A stretch of DNA of 64,000 nucleotides from the human T2T-CHM13v2.0 reference genome, Homo sapiens (GCF_009914755.1 NC_060934.1); one strand, 5' to 3'. Numbered from the stretch's first letter, positions 14,011 to 28,472 are shown. Notes: a model not told the origin generated them from the sequence alone. Program-made: numbers and translations.

Positions 14011-16149
14011 TAAAAGTATAAAATACACTAAAGAAGAGTAGAAAAATTAAGACTCAAAATCTCTGAATAAGTGCTGGATGTGTAATCATGGATTCTAGTG
14101 TCTTCATTTCTAAAGTAAAATCATTAAGAAATCCTACCACACAGAATTTTTTAAAACACAAATTAAATTGTGGCTATCAAAGTGTGTAATTTTTGGTTGT
14201 CTTAAAGACATAGCTTTTTGATTTTATGGAATTCCTAAGGTTTACATTGAATTTAATTGAGATTTATGACCCACGTATACCCAGGAAAATGCAATATCTA
14301 TAACATGATATTAATATAAGACACTATACTATATGTCTAAAGAATAAGCCATTAGTTTGTTTTCTAACAAAAAAGATAAGAATAATGGAGTTGAAGGCAT
14401 CAGAGGAGTCAACATAGGGGAGATATAACTAAAACAGATAAGATTTAAACATATGAACTGAAGACTAGATATGTATTTGTGAGTTTCCAGATACTGCAGC
14501 ACAATGTGAATTTGCAGTGCATCCAGCAGTTTCAAAAGGTGACTGCTGGTTCAATTTGTTTGCAATGACAGGAAGCAAAAACAGCTAAAGGTGTAAAATG
14601 GCAGCAAATCCTTCTTCATAACATTATAGTCAACAAAGGTTATTATACAACCAGAAATATGACCAGAGAATGTCTTGGATAAGAAGGTGGAGATCACAAG
14701 AGCTGGTGGCTGCAGAACTGAAGACTTGGAATGGATCCAAGAGTACCGTTTCCCACTGCACGTCCCTCCACCCCATCACCCATTGGAACCTAATTCTTCA
14801 CATTAACAACAATGAGCCTCCCCACCACCTACTCTTTCACCTAAAGGCAGTTTCTGATTTTTGATTGTGTTGATTTCCCAGGGTGCAAGTCAATAATTCT
14901 GTTTCTTTTCTTTCAACTGCACCTACTCATTCTGAATAATGTTGGATTTGCTGAATAATTTATCCAGATTTTTGCACGTGCATTTCAAGATAGGTCTCTT
15001 TACAGAATTGTCAGTGTTAAAATGATTTACTACAAAATAAAATAAGAATAAAGTAGGAATCAGAGCCAACTACCATAACCAGGAGCTGAGTAAGAGTCTT
15101 TTAGGTGGTTTTGGTAAAAATTAAGCCTTCTCCTTTCTTCCCCAACCCCTGACTCATAAACAATATCCTTCTAAATCCCTCCAGTTCACTTTTCTCCAGT
15201 AATAGAGTTCAAGTTGTCTTTCAATTTCTATTCTAATGGCATTGTATTCGATTTTTTTGTGTGTGTAGAAAACATACAATCTGTACACCTAGCAAACATG
15301 TTCAGGACTCATTAGATTTTGCTTTAAGTCACAGTAATGTTCTTTTTTGCAGAGGCATTGCACTTGACAATTACTCACCCAGATAACTGAATGCAATGAA
15401 TAAATATGTGCTTTACAATGTCTGCAATGTCCAGAAGACAAATAGTAAAATAGACCTTTATTTGAAAATAATTCTGATCATTTATCATGCGAACATGTAT
15501 TTATCTTCGTGACTCTGTTCATTGAAATTGGAATTTAACAAACTTTGTTTCTCAAGGAGCCAAGGACATTGGATATAGATATTTGGAAATAGCTCATTTT
15601 TTTATATTAAGACAGGCTGGTCCAGCCACTTTCTGCACAGAGATGACTGGAAAGGCTCACTTTATTCTGGAACCTGATGTTTTCAATAATTAATAAAATA
15701 TTGGGTAAGAATTGTCCAGAATCACAGAAAATCTCACTGAGAAGAATCCTTGGCTCCACCATTTTAGATTGAAATTACTTGGTTTCTCCTTCTTTAATGC
15801 TCTTCTATAAAAGGAAAATGATTTTTTACCAGACTTTTGTGAGCAGACATTACACATTTCAGTCAATGGCAGAAACAATAATCGTTAGATTTTGCCACGA
15901 GGAAAGTTCTCTACTAAACCTGTTATATGGGTTATTTCATTTCGTGCTTCAGCAATCCCACTCACATGTCCAAAATTATTTCCTACATCCCTCAGTCTCC
16001 CCACTTTACACATACTGGCTTTCTTTAAGTTTCTGCCAGCTGCCATGATCTTACTTACATATGATCTTTGCACATCCTATTTCTTAGGATTGGGTGGAGT
16101 TCCTTCTCCCTCATTTCCCTCATCATTGCTCATTACCTAATACATTATT

Positions 16150-16427
16150 TTCATTTCAATTTTATTCTATTTTTAATACATAATAGATGTAAATATTTTC
16201 AGGGTACATATAATGTAATACATTCATATAATTTACAAAGATCAAATCAGTGTACTTGGGATATCCATTACCTGAAATATTATTCTTTTCTTTATTCTAG
16301 AAACATAATGATTATTCTAAGTATTTTGATTGAAATATACAATAGATCATTCTAAACTATTGCCACCTCACTGATCTATCAAACATTAAGTCTTCTTCTT
16401 TCAAATTGTATTAATATTTTTCTACCC
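16150..16427 (-). mobile_element. L1MA-type 3' end fragment
   Basis: tacataatagatgta..ttcagggtacat..gatcaaatcagtgtacttgggatatccattacc. Confidence 0.75.
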
Positions 16428-16790
16428 TGAAAAATATTAAATTTGCCTATTATACATCTTATTATACATAGAAACTTAGGGCCTCCTCTTTGGAGCTTTT
16501 ATCACATTATTCATTGCTTGCAAATTTCATCTTTTCTGTATATATCTGATTCCAAGTTCAAGTACTTAGTAGTTGCTAAAATTCAGGTTACCTAAAATTT
16601 CTCAAGGACAAAATCATAGACAAAAGGACGTCCATGTGGACAGTTAATCAAGGCCACAATAGTCAAGGAAAATAATAAATGAGTAGAATGTTATAGTTAT
16701 ATGTTTGAATAGTATAGTCAAATAACCAAGGAAGACATTTCCTAAATTGCACTTCTATTTCTGTAAATCTCTGTCAACATGGGACACAAG

Positions 16791-17216
16791 TGTATTAGTC
16801 TGTTCTCACACTGCTGTAAAGAAATAACTGAGACTGAGTAATTTATAAATAAAAGAGGTTTAATTGGCTCACAGTTCTACAGGCTGTACAGGAAGTATGG
16901 CAACATCTACTTCTAGGGATGCCTTAGGGAGATTTTACTCATGGTGGAAGGTAAATGGGGAGTAAGTGTCTTACATGGTAGGGCAGGAGAGAGGAGGAGG
17001 AGGTGGTGGTATAAACTTTTAAACAACCAGATCTCACGAAAACTCACTTACTCACTATCATGAGAACAGCAGCGTGAGTGCTAAACCATTCATGAAAGAT
17101 CCACCCTCATGATCCAGCCCCATGGTCCAATCATCTCCCATGAGGCCCCACCTCCAACATTGGGGATTACAATTTGACTTGAGATTTGGTTGGGGACACA
17201 GATGCAAACTATATCA
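16791..17216 (-). mobile_element. MST (MSTA-like) solo LTR
   Basis: tgtattagtctgttctcacactgctgtaaagaaata ... ggggacacagatgcaaactatatca. Confidence 0.92.
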
Positions 17217-18734
17217 CTAGTAAATCAAACAAGTTCCTAACACTGTACTAGAGAAATTGTAGGTGCTCAATAGGTATATTCTACTTGATTGATATAATCA
17301 ATATCTATCCCACTCTACTCTCATAAGGAGTCTCTGGAAAAATTAAAGATCCCATTCTTCTAATCCAATGTGTGAACGTTTAAAAGATCAAGTTGGTGTA
17401 GATATTACCCCTCAGCCTTTTTCCACTGCGAGTTGTAAAGAAAGTCTAGAATGGAGGTAATAACTTTATTATATATCTGCATCCCAGATGGTAGCTTACA
17501 ATATTTATTTGTTGCTGGGAAATATACAAACAGATTTATGAATGTGTCTGTATTATTAGAAAGACTATGTGAAATGTAAATCTTAAGTACCAATAAGCCT
17601 TCGAAAAATAAAATGTCACCATTTTTTTTGTCATCTTTTCTTATATTTGACTTCAACCACACACAGGCCTTACTCTGGGGTTGAGAAAACCTTTTCCCTT
17701 ATAGGTGTTCCATTTGGGGTATTTGAGTCATGTGCGAATGTGTTTTGCTACAGTAAATTTCAATTTTTTTCTCTAATAAGAAAATATAATGTATTTATTT
17801 ATTATAACAATAAACACAGCTGTAAAATGAACCATAAAAATAGATGACATGAAAATTCCTGTAACTAATGTGTCAGCTATAATTGAGAAATAAATTAAAT
17901 GATCCATCTGCTTCCTACCATTGATTTCATCATTTTCTTCACTATTTGGGTATTTAAAACCAAGACAGCATTATTTATACTAATTATTCACTAACAAAAT
18001 TGCCACATCTATATTGATTGGCTCTGTAGTATAATTTTGCCAATCTTTAACATACTGTTGCTTTTTCCAATACACTCAAACCTAATGAGCATAAGAACTC
18101 CTTGTCTCATTAATATCATTTTGTCTTTCAATTATACCATTAAGTTGTATCTGTGCTGGTTACTTACAGGCTTTTGTGCAATGAGTGGAAGAGTAATCTA
18201 TTACTGTGGTTGTGATTTCAAATGAAAGAAGAAAATAAATAAGAAATAAATATGCATGTTTCATGTGTGTTAAATCATGTGATATAACCTTTTGGCTAAT
18301 TTGGTTTAGTGGCAAGAGTCCAAATAACCAACAATCATTGAAATAAATTAACTATAATTATTTCACATATTTCCCCTCATATTTTTAAGCATCTCACAAT
18401 GAGATAGGGGACACAGCAAGAATTTGTTTTCATTTTTTTCAAATATATGTGTATATGTGTATTATTATTAGTATTTTAACCCTTACCTATTGCTGAATTC
18501 ATTTTTATCTTGAATTCACACACATATTCATGACTTAGCCTAACAAACTATTTGCAACACTTTAGAGAGGCAATGATAATACAAACCTGCCTCTGTAAGT
18601 GCTTTTACTTCCAATGTTTTATTTTAACTACATAAGAAATTCATGTAGAAATTCAGAGATAATAATAGAAACATAGGTAAGAAAAATAAAATATAATTCA
18701 TCAGATTTAATGGCCCCTTACACCTTCTGTGCCT

Positions 18735-19076
18735 GCTCCATTTTTCATTGCTGCACAATGAAACACTGCAAAATCTTGAAACCTAAGACAAGAATGTTTA
18801 TTTCACTCATAGACCAGCAATGTGGGTGGCAATGTGGGTTCAGTTCTTCTTTATTCCATTGGCATCAGCTGTAGTGGTTTGACTTTGAGAAGCTGGAATC
18901 ATCAGAAGATGCGCTTGCTCATGTCTGACATGTCTCTGGGACCTCAGGTTAAGGAGTGGCTGAAAAAACTACATACATCCTTTCTATGGGGCTGTTTGAC
19001 TTCTTTATAGTAGAATCAATGTGTTCCAAAAACAAACATCTCAACAAGGTTTGGCATAAACTATACTGGCCTTTTC
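18735..19076 (-). mobile_element. Old MLT1 LTR fragment
   Basis: gctggaatcatcagaag..gctcatgtctg..ggccttttc motifs. Confidence 0.5.
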
Positions 19077-19084
19077 GAAAAAGC

Positions 19085-19222
19085 ATTTTCTTATTTGAGA
19101 TCATTTTAAACTACAGAGCAGTTGCAAAATTAATACAAAGACTCTGAATACCCTTCACCCAGCTTCTCCTAATGCTAATAATTTGCATATTACATGTTTT
19201 TCCACCACGAATGCCCTTTTTT
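19085..19222 (-). mobile_element. L1MC-type 3' end fragment
   Basis: agttgcaaaattaatacaaagactctgaatacccttcacccagcttctcctaatg. Confidence 0.65.
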
Positions 19223-19224
19223 TC

Positions 19225-19590
19225 TGCTCATGATTTTGTGGTCTTGAGAGTCAGCAGTTTGTGCTGGACATATCTGTGTGTTTCTGCTCTTGAGTGCAGG
19301 ACTTGCTGGTCTTAGTTCGGCTCACTCCTGTGATTGTTGGCAGCTGCTGGTTAATCTAACAAGTCTCAGCTGGGTTGGCTCCTCTCTACTCCACATGTTT
19401 TCTTAACCCCCAGCAGGTTAGCCTGGACTTGTTCTCAAGGGAAGAGCAGAGGTATTCCAAGAAAATGACCTAAAGTAAACCACACTTCTTCAGACCTAGG
19501 CTCAGAACTCATACAATATTGTTCTGCCATCAATCAGTCATATGGCCATCCTAGATTTAAGGGTGGAGACAAAGACACCATCTCTGATAT
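19225..19590 (-). mobile_element. Old MLT1 (H/I-like) LTR fragment
   Basis: ccagcaggttagcctggacttgttctc..cctaggctcagaactc..atggccatcctagatttaagggtggag. Confidence 0.6.
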
Positions 19591-20812
19591 TTCTCATAGG
19601 AAACTTAGTAAACTTCAATTCAAAAAGTCAAGTATTAGCATTAATAAGTCTGTTCTTTTATCCTTTATTAACTGGGATTCTCAGAGCCGAAACAAGAACC
19701 ACTAACTTTCTTATGTCAATACACATAATTCAGTTTCTGTGAAACCTGATAGCTACCTTATTTTTGAAATTTTAATCTGGTTCTAGCATCTTTCCCTTGA
19801 CTTTTCCAGCAGTCTTGCTTGGACTACTCTGTCCCCTGTCTCCAGACACTTGTCCTGCTTAACCCACTTAGAGGATTAATACAGTCCTCATTCCCTGACA
19901 GATCTCTGGTGTCACCTGAAATGCCAAACTCCAGATGCTAGGCTTTGACAGACTGTTTTCATAAATTTTCTTTTCCTCTGCCATTTTTTTTCTTCTCCTT
20001 TCTTGTCCTTGCTGCAATGTCTTCTGCCAATGAGTAGAGGCAGAATAAAACTGAGATTCCAGAATCTCATTAGCTTCAGAGGGGGAAAATGCTGCAATTT
20101 TTGTTTTAATATGATACAATGTGACAATATCTATCATTTATTTATTTCTCCATTTATCTATCTTTCCATATGCATGGGCACAAAATACAAATATGTGTAA
20201 ATATATGCATATACTTGCTTATATAAGCTTCAAAAAGCAAAAAAAAAAAAAATGAAAAAACAAATTAAGAACCCCTTGAAAGAAGATTTATGAGGAAACA
20301 GCAAACATATTTAAAAATTGGAACATGTTAACTTTATATAACAAAATTTTTCAATTCAGTCCAAAAGAAAAGAGCAGCCATCACTTCTCTGAGAATATTA
20401 GTTTCCAGATCCACATCTTCCTTTCTGTGCTTCTTCTGACATGCCTGTCTAGCTTGCTAGTCCTATCTACTTGGATGCTGGATGGGACCTGGAAGATAGT
20501 CCAAAATTGGACTCTTTATCTTTACCCTAAAATGCATTCCTTATGCTTTATTTCATTGTTTTTTTTTTTGTTGTTGTTGTTGTTGTTAAAGGTGCCAGTA
20601 TCTACTTTGCTATCAAAACCCATAGAATACTCTTTGGTTTTTCTTTTTTTTTTACAATTTCCTAGTCCTAATTAACAGTGGAAATAAATGATTCTGAATG
20701 TCTCAAGCTCCTGACAATCATTCCCTTTCTTCCTAATGCAGGCCTTAGTTACCTCTTCCTCTGTGGCATTGTAGTCACCTGACTGCATTTCCGCCTGCAA
20801 GTCACTTCTTAC

Positions 20813-20814
<2 letters not shown>

Positions 20815-20845
<31 letters not shown>
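20815..20845. repeat. (GA)n microsatellite
   Basis: Directly visible. Confidence 0.95.
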
Positions 20846-20850
<5 letters not shown>

Positions 20851-21219
20851 AGGGGTCTTGATGCTAGCTGTGCTATCTTATTTTTACTTACTATTTAGGA
20901 GACCTTAGGATGTTATTTACTGTAGCATCTCTGAGTCTCATTTTCCGTTTCAGCAATACAAGCATAATCAAACCACGTAGGTGATACACTGTGAGTCGAC
21001 AGCATTCTATGCCCTACTGTACATTCAATTTTCATATATCATAGCTCTAAACACACTAATCCCTGATGCTAACCCCTTTCATTGTGCTTCATTGCCCTCA
21101 GAATAAAGCACAAGTTTCTCAGCTTTGACTGATGGAGCTCACTGAGAACTCCCATTAACTCCTCATATATTCCTGACCCTGCTTTTATGGTAATGTCTTC
21201 ATTTGTCCTGGAATGCCCT

Positions 21220-21492
21220 GTAGCAGGGTGGTTAGAAGCTGGGTTTTGCAGTCAGTCAACAGGGCTTTATATCCCAGTTCTATTGCTTGTCAGCTGTAGG
21301 CCCTTGGACAAGTGGCTTAACTCCAGTATGACTTCATTTACTTACTCATAAAATGGGATAATAATAGCTAATTCATAAGATTATTACAAAGGTTAAGAAA
21401 GTATTAAAGCCCTTAGAACAATACCTGAAGACATATTAAAGCCCTAAGAATACCTGAAGACATAGTGAGATTTCAATAAATATCAACTATTA
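21220..21492 (+). mobile_element. MIR, near full length, with an internal duplication
   Basis: gtagcagggtggttagaagc..ccttggacaagtggcttaac..taaaatgggataataatag..tcaataaatatcaactatta. Confidence 0.85.
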
Positions 21493-22209
21493 TAAAAGAG
21501 TTTTTACTCTTAGCATCCTTCAAATATCAGCTAAAGTTCATCCTTCAGGAAGCCTTTTCTAGTGCACTCAGTCAGATATAAACTTCCATTCCTAGCTCAT
21601 ACTCTACCTAGACGCAGTTGTTGATATTTAGTTTCTGTCATATATTATAATTAAATGCATGCAGTATTCCTACTAAAACATCTAGTCCTTAAGAGGAAAA
21701 ATATCTCTTTCATCTAATACATCATTGCTAAACGCAAAGTAGAAGTTCAGGAAATATACAATGAATTAGTTGATTTCCACCTGCCTACCAAAAAAATCAC
21801 ACCAAAAGATAGAGTACAATTAATTTAGACCATTCAAAATGTCTTAACTGGTTTCATAAGGACTATAGAAAATGCCAGCTTCAGAAAATAAAGTGTTTCA
21901 ACTTTATTTCCAGAAAATAAATCACAGAGTGTACAGCAACTGTAAACATTAAATATGTTTAATTGGCCTATCTTCATTAGAGGTCAGAATTAATTCTGCT
22001 ACTGAGTTTCACTTATAGTACATAAAAAATAAACCATGAAAAATGAGAAATTTAAGGCTAAGGATTGGCATGTCTTGTTATACGTCATGTTTAAGCAACA
22101 CATAGTAGCTCTTAGAAGCTCAAACTCTCACTATAAATTAAGGTATTATATATCAAAAATATGTTCCTGCCCATTTTGTTATCTGCTTTCTGACTTAAAA
22201 AAACATCTG

Positions 22210-23410
22210 CAGGGAACTAATGCCACACAATGGGGAAATAACAGTCTCTACAATAACGGTGCTGTGAAAATTTTATGTTTTCTTGCAAAAGAATAAAGTT
22301 GGACCCTTTGTGCCATATACAAAAATCAACTAATAATGAGTTAAAGGACTAAAAATAAGACCTAAAATCACAACTGGAAAAAATGCATTGGGAAAAAACC
22401 TTCATAAAATTGGGTTTGGCAATAATATTGTGGAGACAATATAAAAACAAACATAGACAAATGGGAATGCATCAAACTCCAAAAGTTCTGCACATCAAAG
22501 TAAACAATCAGTGGAGTGAAAAGGCAACCTACAGAATGAAAGAAAACATCTGCTAATCATAAATCTAATAAGGGGCTTATATCCAGAATATATGAATATC
22601 TCCTACAACTCAACAATGAAATAACCCAATTTAAAAAATGCTTATGAAAATACATCCTAACATCACCAAGCATGGGAGAAATTAAAATCGTAACCACAAT
22701 GACATATCACTTTCACCCACTAGGATGGGCACAATTAGAAAAAAAACATATTGTCAAGTATTTGCAAGGATGCTGAGAAATTGGTTCACCTGTGTATTGC
22801 TTGTGAAAATGTAAAATGGTGCAACCACTATGGAAAACAGTACGGTAGTGACTCGAAAAATTAAAAATAGAATTACCATATCATCTAGGAATCTTGCTTC
22901 TGAGTTACATCCAAAGAAATTCAAATCAGGATCTTGAAGAGATATCTTCACAACCATGGGCATTGAAGCATCATTCACAATAGCAAAAATGTGGAAGAAA
23001 CCCAGATGTCAAAGGATGGAAGAATGGATAAAGAAAATATGATAAATACACACAGACACACACAAACACACACACACAGTGGAGTATTATTCAGCCATAA
23101 AGAAGAATATTTTGCCATTTGTAGCAACACGGATAAATCTGGACATCTTTGTGCTAAATAAAATAACTCAGTCACAGTCACAAGACAAATACTATATAAT
23201 TTCACTCATGGAAACAGAAAGTAGAATTGTGGTTTCCAAGGATCAAGAGAAATTAAGAGTTGGTGTTCAGTGGGTGTAGAGTTTCAGTTTTACGATATCA
23301 AAAATTCTAGAGCTCTGTTGCACAAGGTGCAGATAATTAACATCACTGAATTGTACATTTAAAATGATTAAGATAGTAAATTTTATGTAACATGTATTTT
23401 ACCATAATTA
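22210..23410 (+). mobile_element. L1MA9/L1MB-type 3' portion (ORF2 end and 3' UTR)
   Basis: aaaaggcaacctacagaatg, gtaaaatggtgcaaccactatggaaaacagta, gagtattattcagccataaagaag, gagtttcagtttt..ttctagag. Confidence 0.88.
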
Positions 23411-24089
23411 TTATTTTTTAGTTGTTCAGGATCCACAAAAATTAATTAACATGTTGGGATATTTTGGAAGAAGTCACATTGAACAGCTCCTTCTTTTTAA
23501 TTGAAGAGATATTTCTCATTCATTTTTTCCAAAACTCAGAATTCTAAGTGCAACTCTACTGCCATTTCCTGAGACCAGACCTACCAGTAATTAAAAGCAG
23601 AATTTAAGGTAATGTATTAATAAGATAAATGAAGGTGATTCATATTTTTTCTTCCCTCCCACATTTCTTTTTCCTTTCATCTATTTCTAGAGATGTTCAT
23701 CTCCTACATACATATTACCTAGGTCATTGGATCTGCTAATTAACCTTTATGTTGAGTATACCTACAACATACCTGGTAGCGCTGAGATAAAAACAGAGTA
23801 AGCTGGCATGACATATCTTATCAGGCTGGACAGATCAGTTCTCAAGTCTCTGGGGGGACCAAAACTCCTTGAAGGAAGAAGCTATATTTGCAATATTATG
23901 CTGACTGCAAGGGCATCAAAAGGGGCCAGTAGACTGTCTACAAAGTTTGAATCTGTGAAATTATTGACCAGGTGACAATGTTCTTCATACGTTTAGGCCA
24001 AACAAAACTGCTTTCATTCCAAAGGTCTTCTTTCTGCATAAGTGAATTGATCTCTTGGGAAAAGCCCTCATTCTCTGGGTACCCAGGAG

Positions 24090-24520
24090 TATATTTTTGG
24101 CTGCAAGTTACAGAAATCCTAACATAATTGACCTAAATGGTAAACACATTTATTGTCTTGCATAAGAAGAAGAACTGTAGAAGTAGGATATTCCTGGTTC
24201 ATTAAACAGCTTAATGACATCATCATGGCTTAGGTTTCTCCTCCTAACTTTCTTTTCTGCCAGCCTCTCTGTGTTCACCCCTTCCATGGCCAAATAATGT
24301 CTATTGGAGTTCCATCTGGCATATACTGCTAAGCAGCATTATGCGAAATAATGAGGCTGTGTCTTTTCATGGGTCAATTTTGAAGGTTAAAAACAAGCCA
24401 AAAATACCATCTCTCTGAAGTCCCACTGGCAGATATCTCCTAACATTTCATCGGCAATCACATCACAACATTTATTGGAAATGGAAATTGGATGACCTTG
24501 TCTTACAAGCAATCAATAAT
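24090..24520 (-). mobile_element. Old MLT1 (J/K/L-like) LTR
   Basis: ttttggctgcaagttacagaaatccta..cagcttaatgacatcatca. Confidence 0.6.
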
Positions 24521-25442
24521 GTTTCTCATGTTCTGCTACTAACCAGTTGTACAACTTAAGTGCCTTTTCTCTCTAGGAGTCAACTTTCTTTCTTTTTTCC
24601 TTTTGAGTATCTTATCTATATTTAACTATATGAATTCTTGGAAAATCTAATTCAACCAGTCTTTTCTATGTATTTGGTGAGTAGACTCCTACACTTGTAG
24701 GATTCTATGCTAGACTGTAAGAGTTTAAAAGATTACTGAGATATGCTTTTTGCCCTTAAAGATCTTAAGGGATTAGACAAACAGACATTCTCCCATGACA
24801 CTGGATTCAATCTGAAAAGACATAAATCCATAGCTACTGATAAGTGACTTGACACCTGGGGGACTCTGAGACTAAAACAGTTGAGATCAGATTTAGGGGA
24901 TAATAAGGAAAGACACTGGGTACTGAGGATACAACTTGAGCCTTAGACTGATCCCTTTAAAGCTAGGAAATTCTGGACTTTTCTATAATTTAGACCAGTA
25001 ACATTTCTTCTAATTTAAAGGATCAAAGTGATAGAGTGAACAAATGCATGAAACTGGAGAAGGCCTGAGTGTTTCAGAAACAGCCAGAAAAAAATGTAAA
25101 AATTATCTTGGAAAAAAAGGAAAAGAAGAATAAAAATATTCTGCAATATAGGGTACTTGTCAACAACCAGCACATTTGCAAGTTGACATTTTCCTCTAAT
25201 GCCAGCCCATATCATATATTTCCATGAAAATCAATCTAAAAGCTAATAGAAAGTGGGGCCAAGTTGATGAAATGTCATTTTCTCTGACTGCTTGATTTCC
25301 TTTCACCCTCCTCGAATTGACTCCCTGACTGTGTCATGCATAGGTTAATTGACACAGATGGTTTTTTTTAAATGCAGAATTGTGGGCACATACAGCTTAA
25401 GTTGTAACATGGAGATAGCTATAAGTCAGGCTAAGATGAGAC

Positions 25443-25490
25443 ATGATGATGATGATGATGATGACGATGACGATGACGACGACGATGATG
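25443..25490. repeat. (GAT/GAC)n trinucleotide repeat beside a MIR
   Basis: Directly visible; a minus-strand MIR follows at ~25510-25740. Confidence 0.9.
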
Positions 25491-25919
25491 GTAATGAAGA
25501 TGTCAAAACTGTAACATCTACAATTTATTGTTTGTTTCCCATGTTCCAACCATTATTCTAAAGATATTAGAAACATAATTTCTGCATACCACCACTACCA
25601 TTTTGTTGAGTGTTGCTGAAGCTCCAGAAACACAAGTTACTTTCTCATAGAACTATAGCTTTAAGTGACAGAGCAAAAACCAGATACAAATCTGTCTAAC
25701 TCCAAGCTGTGGTATGTTATCTAATATACTATAGTTACTTTACATCTTGTCTTAGAGGTTCATGTTGGGATGAACCCCTGGCATGTACCTAATAAGTGTA
25801 TGATGACCATGGCAATGGAATGCTGCCCATCCTTCTCTTACTGTCAGGGAGATTAATATCTCTTTGCTTATTGGGAGGGAGTTTGAGGGGGCTAGCTGGA
25901 TACCCAGCTCAGTCTAGAT

Positions 25920-26127
25920 CAGGACTTCTTAATCTTGTTATTATTGACATTGGGGACCAGATAATTTTGTTTGTCATGAGGCCTGTCCTGCAAATTGTAA
26001 AATGTTTAGCAGTATCCTTGGCTTGTACTACCCTCTAGATGCCAGCAGCACCCCCTGCAGGTATGACAACCAAAAATATCTCCAGATATCCATCAGATAC
26101 AAATCTACATTTGGTTGTAAACGATTG
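25920..26127 (+). mobile_element. MER20 (hAT-Charlie) non-autonomous DNA transposon
   Basis: tgacattgggg.ccagataatt..tgtcctgca.attgta..atgtttagcag..ctagatgccag.agcacccc..tgacaaccaaaaat.tctccaga; 8-bp TSD gtctagat/gtctagag. Confidence 0.9.
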
Positions 26128-26154
26128 GTCTAGAGTCTTATAAAAGAGATAACT

Positions 26155-26556
26155 TGCCTTAATTCATTTGTGCTACTATAACAGAATACCTGTGACTGCA
26201 TAATTTTTAATTAACAGAAATTTATTGGCTCATGGTCTGGAGGCTGGAAGTCTAAGGTCAAGGCATTGGCAGTTTTGGTGTCTGGTGAGGCCATTCTCCT
26301 CCTCCAAGAAGGATGTGCCTTGTACTCTGCATCCTCTGGAGGGAGGTAGGCTGGATCCTCACATAGCAGAAGGTGGAAGGGCTGAGAAAGGCAAAAGGGA
26401 GCAAATTTGACCTCTTATAATTGCATTAATCCCATCCCTGAAGGTGGAGCCTTCATGGCCCAATCACCTTTTAAAGTTTCTTGCTCTTAATACAGTTACA
26501 ATGGCAATTAAATTTCAAGATTAGCTTTGAAGAGGACAAACATTCAAATAGTAATA
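26155..26556 (-). mobile_element. MST (B/D-like) solo LTR
   Basis: gctactataacagaatacctg..ctggaggctggaagtctaaggtcaagg..gaggacaaacattcaaa. Confidence 0.85.
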
Positions 26557-26944
26557 TACTGATAAAACAGAGAGAGTCAACTTTGCTCTTTGTGATTGGA
26601 ATTATCATATAATACATTGTTCTGAAATATGCTGTGTTTTTCTTTATTAAAAGCATAACTCCTATTGATTAAAAGAGAAAGACAAAGGCCAGACAAGGTA
26701 AGCCTCTCCAGGAACTAGACTAAGTCAAGTCAAGGACCCAAACATTCTAGATTGGGCTGTGGATAAAAACAAGCTCCTGAAGGGAAGTTTGGATCTGGGC
26801 CATATTTAAGAATCAGTAGGAGAGATTAGAAAAAAGAGCTTGGCAGGCTACTGACCTGGTATTCAAGTCTCATCATTGCATTATTTTAGGCAACTCTGTA
26901 CTGCAGAGCAAGCTGCCCAGTTCAGCTTCAAGGAGGGAAATAAA

Positions 26945-27170
26945 CTGGCATTTGCTGAAGCCCAGTTAGGGACTAGGCATATTTATACTTCATCTCATTT
27001 TGTATGTTTGCTGACCATGTATACAATATGCCTTTGAGTTAGTTCTTATTATTCCCATTTTAGCAAATACAGACTTGAGATATAGAGATGTTAATAGTTC
27101 TCCCAAATTGCCAAACTAGTAAGAGGAGAAATAGAATTAGAATTCTCCGATGTCTAAAGTCAGGCCCATT
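26945..27170 (-). mobile_element. MIR
   Basis: atttgctgaagccc..attcccattttagcaaat..ctagtaag. Confidence 0.6.
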
Positions 27171-27529
27171 AAATCAAGCCCTCTCACAATTCAGAAGAAA
27201 AAAAGGTGATGGGACAGAGTACTCCAATAACTAGTAACTCAATTATTTCCATGAACAGGTAAGACAATTTTGTGGTTCTTACTCGTTTAAAATATGTATA
27301 GAAACATTGCATTTTTCCTTAGAGAGCATGCAACACTTTGAAATGAGCCAAAACATTCTTTTCTCCAAAGGAAATACGTAAGCCACTTTACATAAGTCAA
27401 TTTCTAGCTCATAGGTCTCAGAAGTATCATAAAGAGCATAAGTAAATATAAATATGTGCACATATTCTCACAGCAATTGTTAAACCATTATTAAACTACA
27501 TGGATAAGAAGACTAAGAACTGAAGGCCA

Positions 27530-28472
27530 AGAGGAGGAGTCTAGGAAGATGACTGGGTAGGAAGCACCAGGAATCTATCTCCCCCTTACATAACAATTAA
27601 GCTTGCAGAATCTGCCTTATATGACTGTTTTGGATCTATGGAGTCTATTAAAGCCTTGAAGCTTCCAAGAGAAGGCTTCAACACTCAGTTGTGGTTAACT
27701 TTGGTCAATTTCAGCTTTTAGCTCAACAGCAGCTACTACTTCCCCATGCACAGCCCCATGGCAGGCACCGGTGCATGTGCTCCTGAAGCAGCTTCCATGC
27801 ATATCGTAGGAACTGGGGTGTGGGACAGCAATAAAGACCTGTCTTCTAAATATTGGGGATCTGTGTTCTGAACTCTGATTGCTGTTTCTAATCACTGAGG
27901 CCTAAGCCAGAGGTGAGCAGCTATTATTGTTTCACACCCCCCCATTAAAACAAACCCAATTCCCTTCCGTTGAATGACGTTGAGGAGATTGAAATGTCCA
28001 CTGCCTTTTTTTTTTTTATCACTTTCCTTTTTCTCTTTTTCTTCTTTGTGGAGCCAAACTACACTAGGACATTGAAAAGCAACTGCATACTTTGGAACAT
28101 TTTAAAAATTACTGTGCATACCCAGGCAAAGGCTCATGCTCAGAAAACACCTGAAGAGAATTTAAGTTTACACCTCAGGTTGATCATCAGCACAGAGACA
28201 GCCTACAGAAATTGAAAACAACAAGTCCTGGAGAAAGAGGAGAATCTGATTTTCAGAGCTGCCACATTATTAGTTCAGATGTCCAGTTTTCAACAACAAC
28301 AACAAAACTACGGGGCATACAATTAAATTGGAAAGTGTGGCCCATTTACAGGGAAACAAAAAACACAAACACAAAAGAGGAACTATCCTTGAGAAAGACT
28401 TCATAGCAGATTTACCTAATAAAAAAAGACTTTAAAACAGCTCTCTTAAAGATACTCAAAGAACTAAAGGAG
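27530..28472 (+). mobile_element. Old L1M 5' UTR and ORF1 start
   Basis: ggaagatgactgggtaggaagcaccagg start; agaatctgattttcagagctgccacatt..atgtccagttttcaaca..gactttaaaacagctctcttaaagatactcaaagaactaaagg. Confidence 0.7.

Larger units (their letters stand above)
20390..21770 (+). mobile_element. Fragmented L2 with nested MIR and (GA)n
   Basis: atctacttggatg..ccaaaattggactc; attgccctcagaataaa; cttcaaatatcagctaaag..cttcaggaagccttttct. Confidence 0.55.

Noticed and set aside
25349-25561. ORF with a poly-Asp run
   Set aside because: Translation of a (GAT/GAC)n repeat next to a MIR; no domain or splice support
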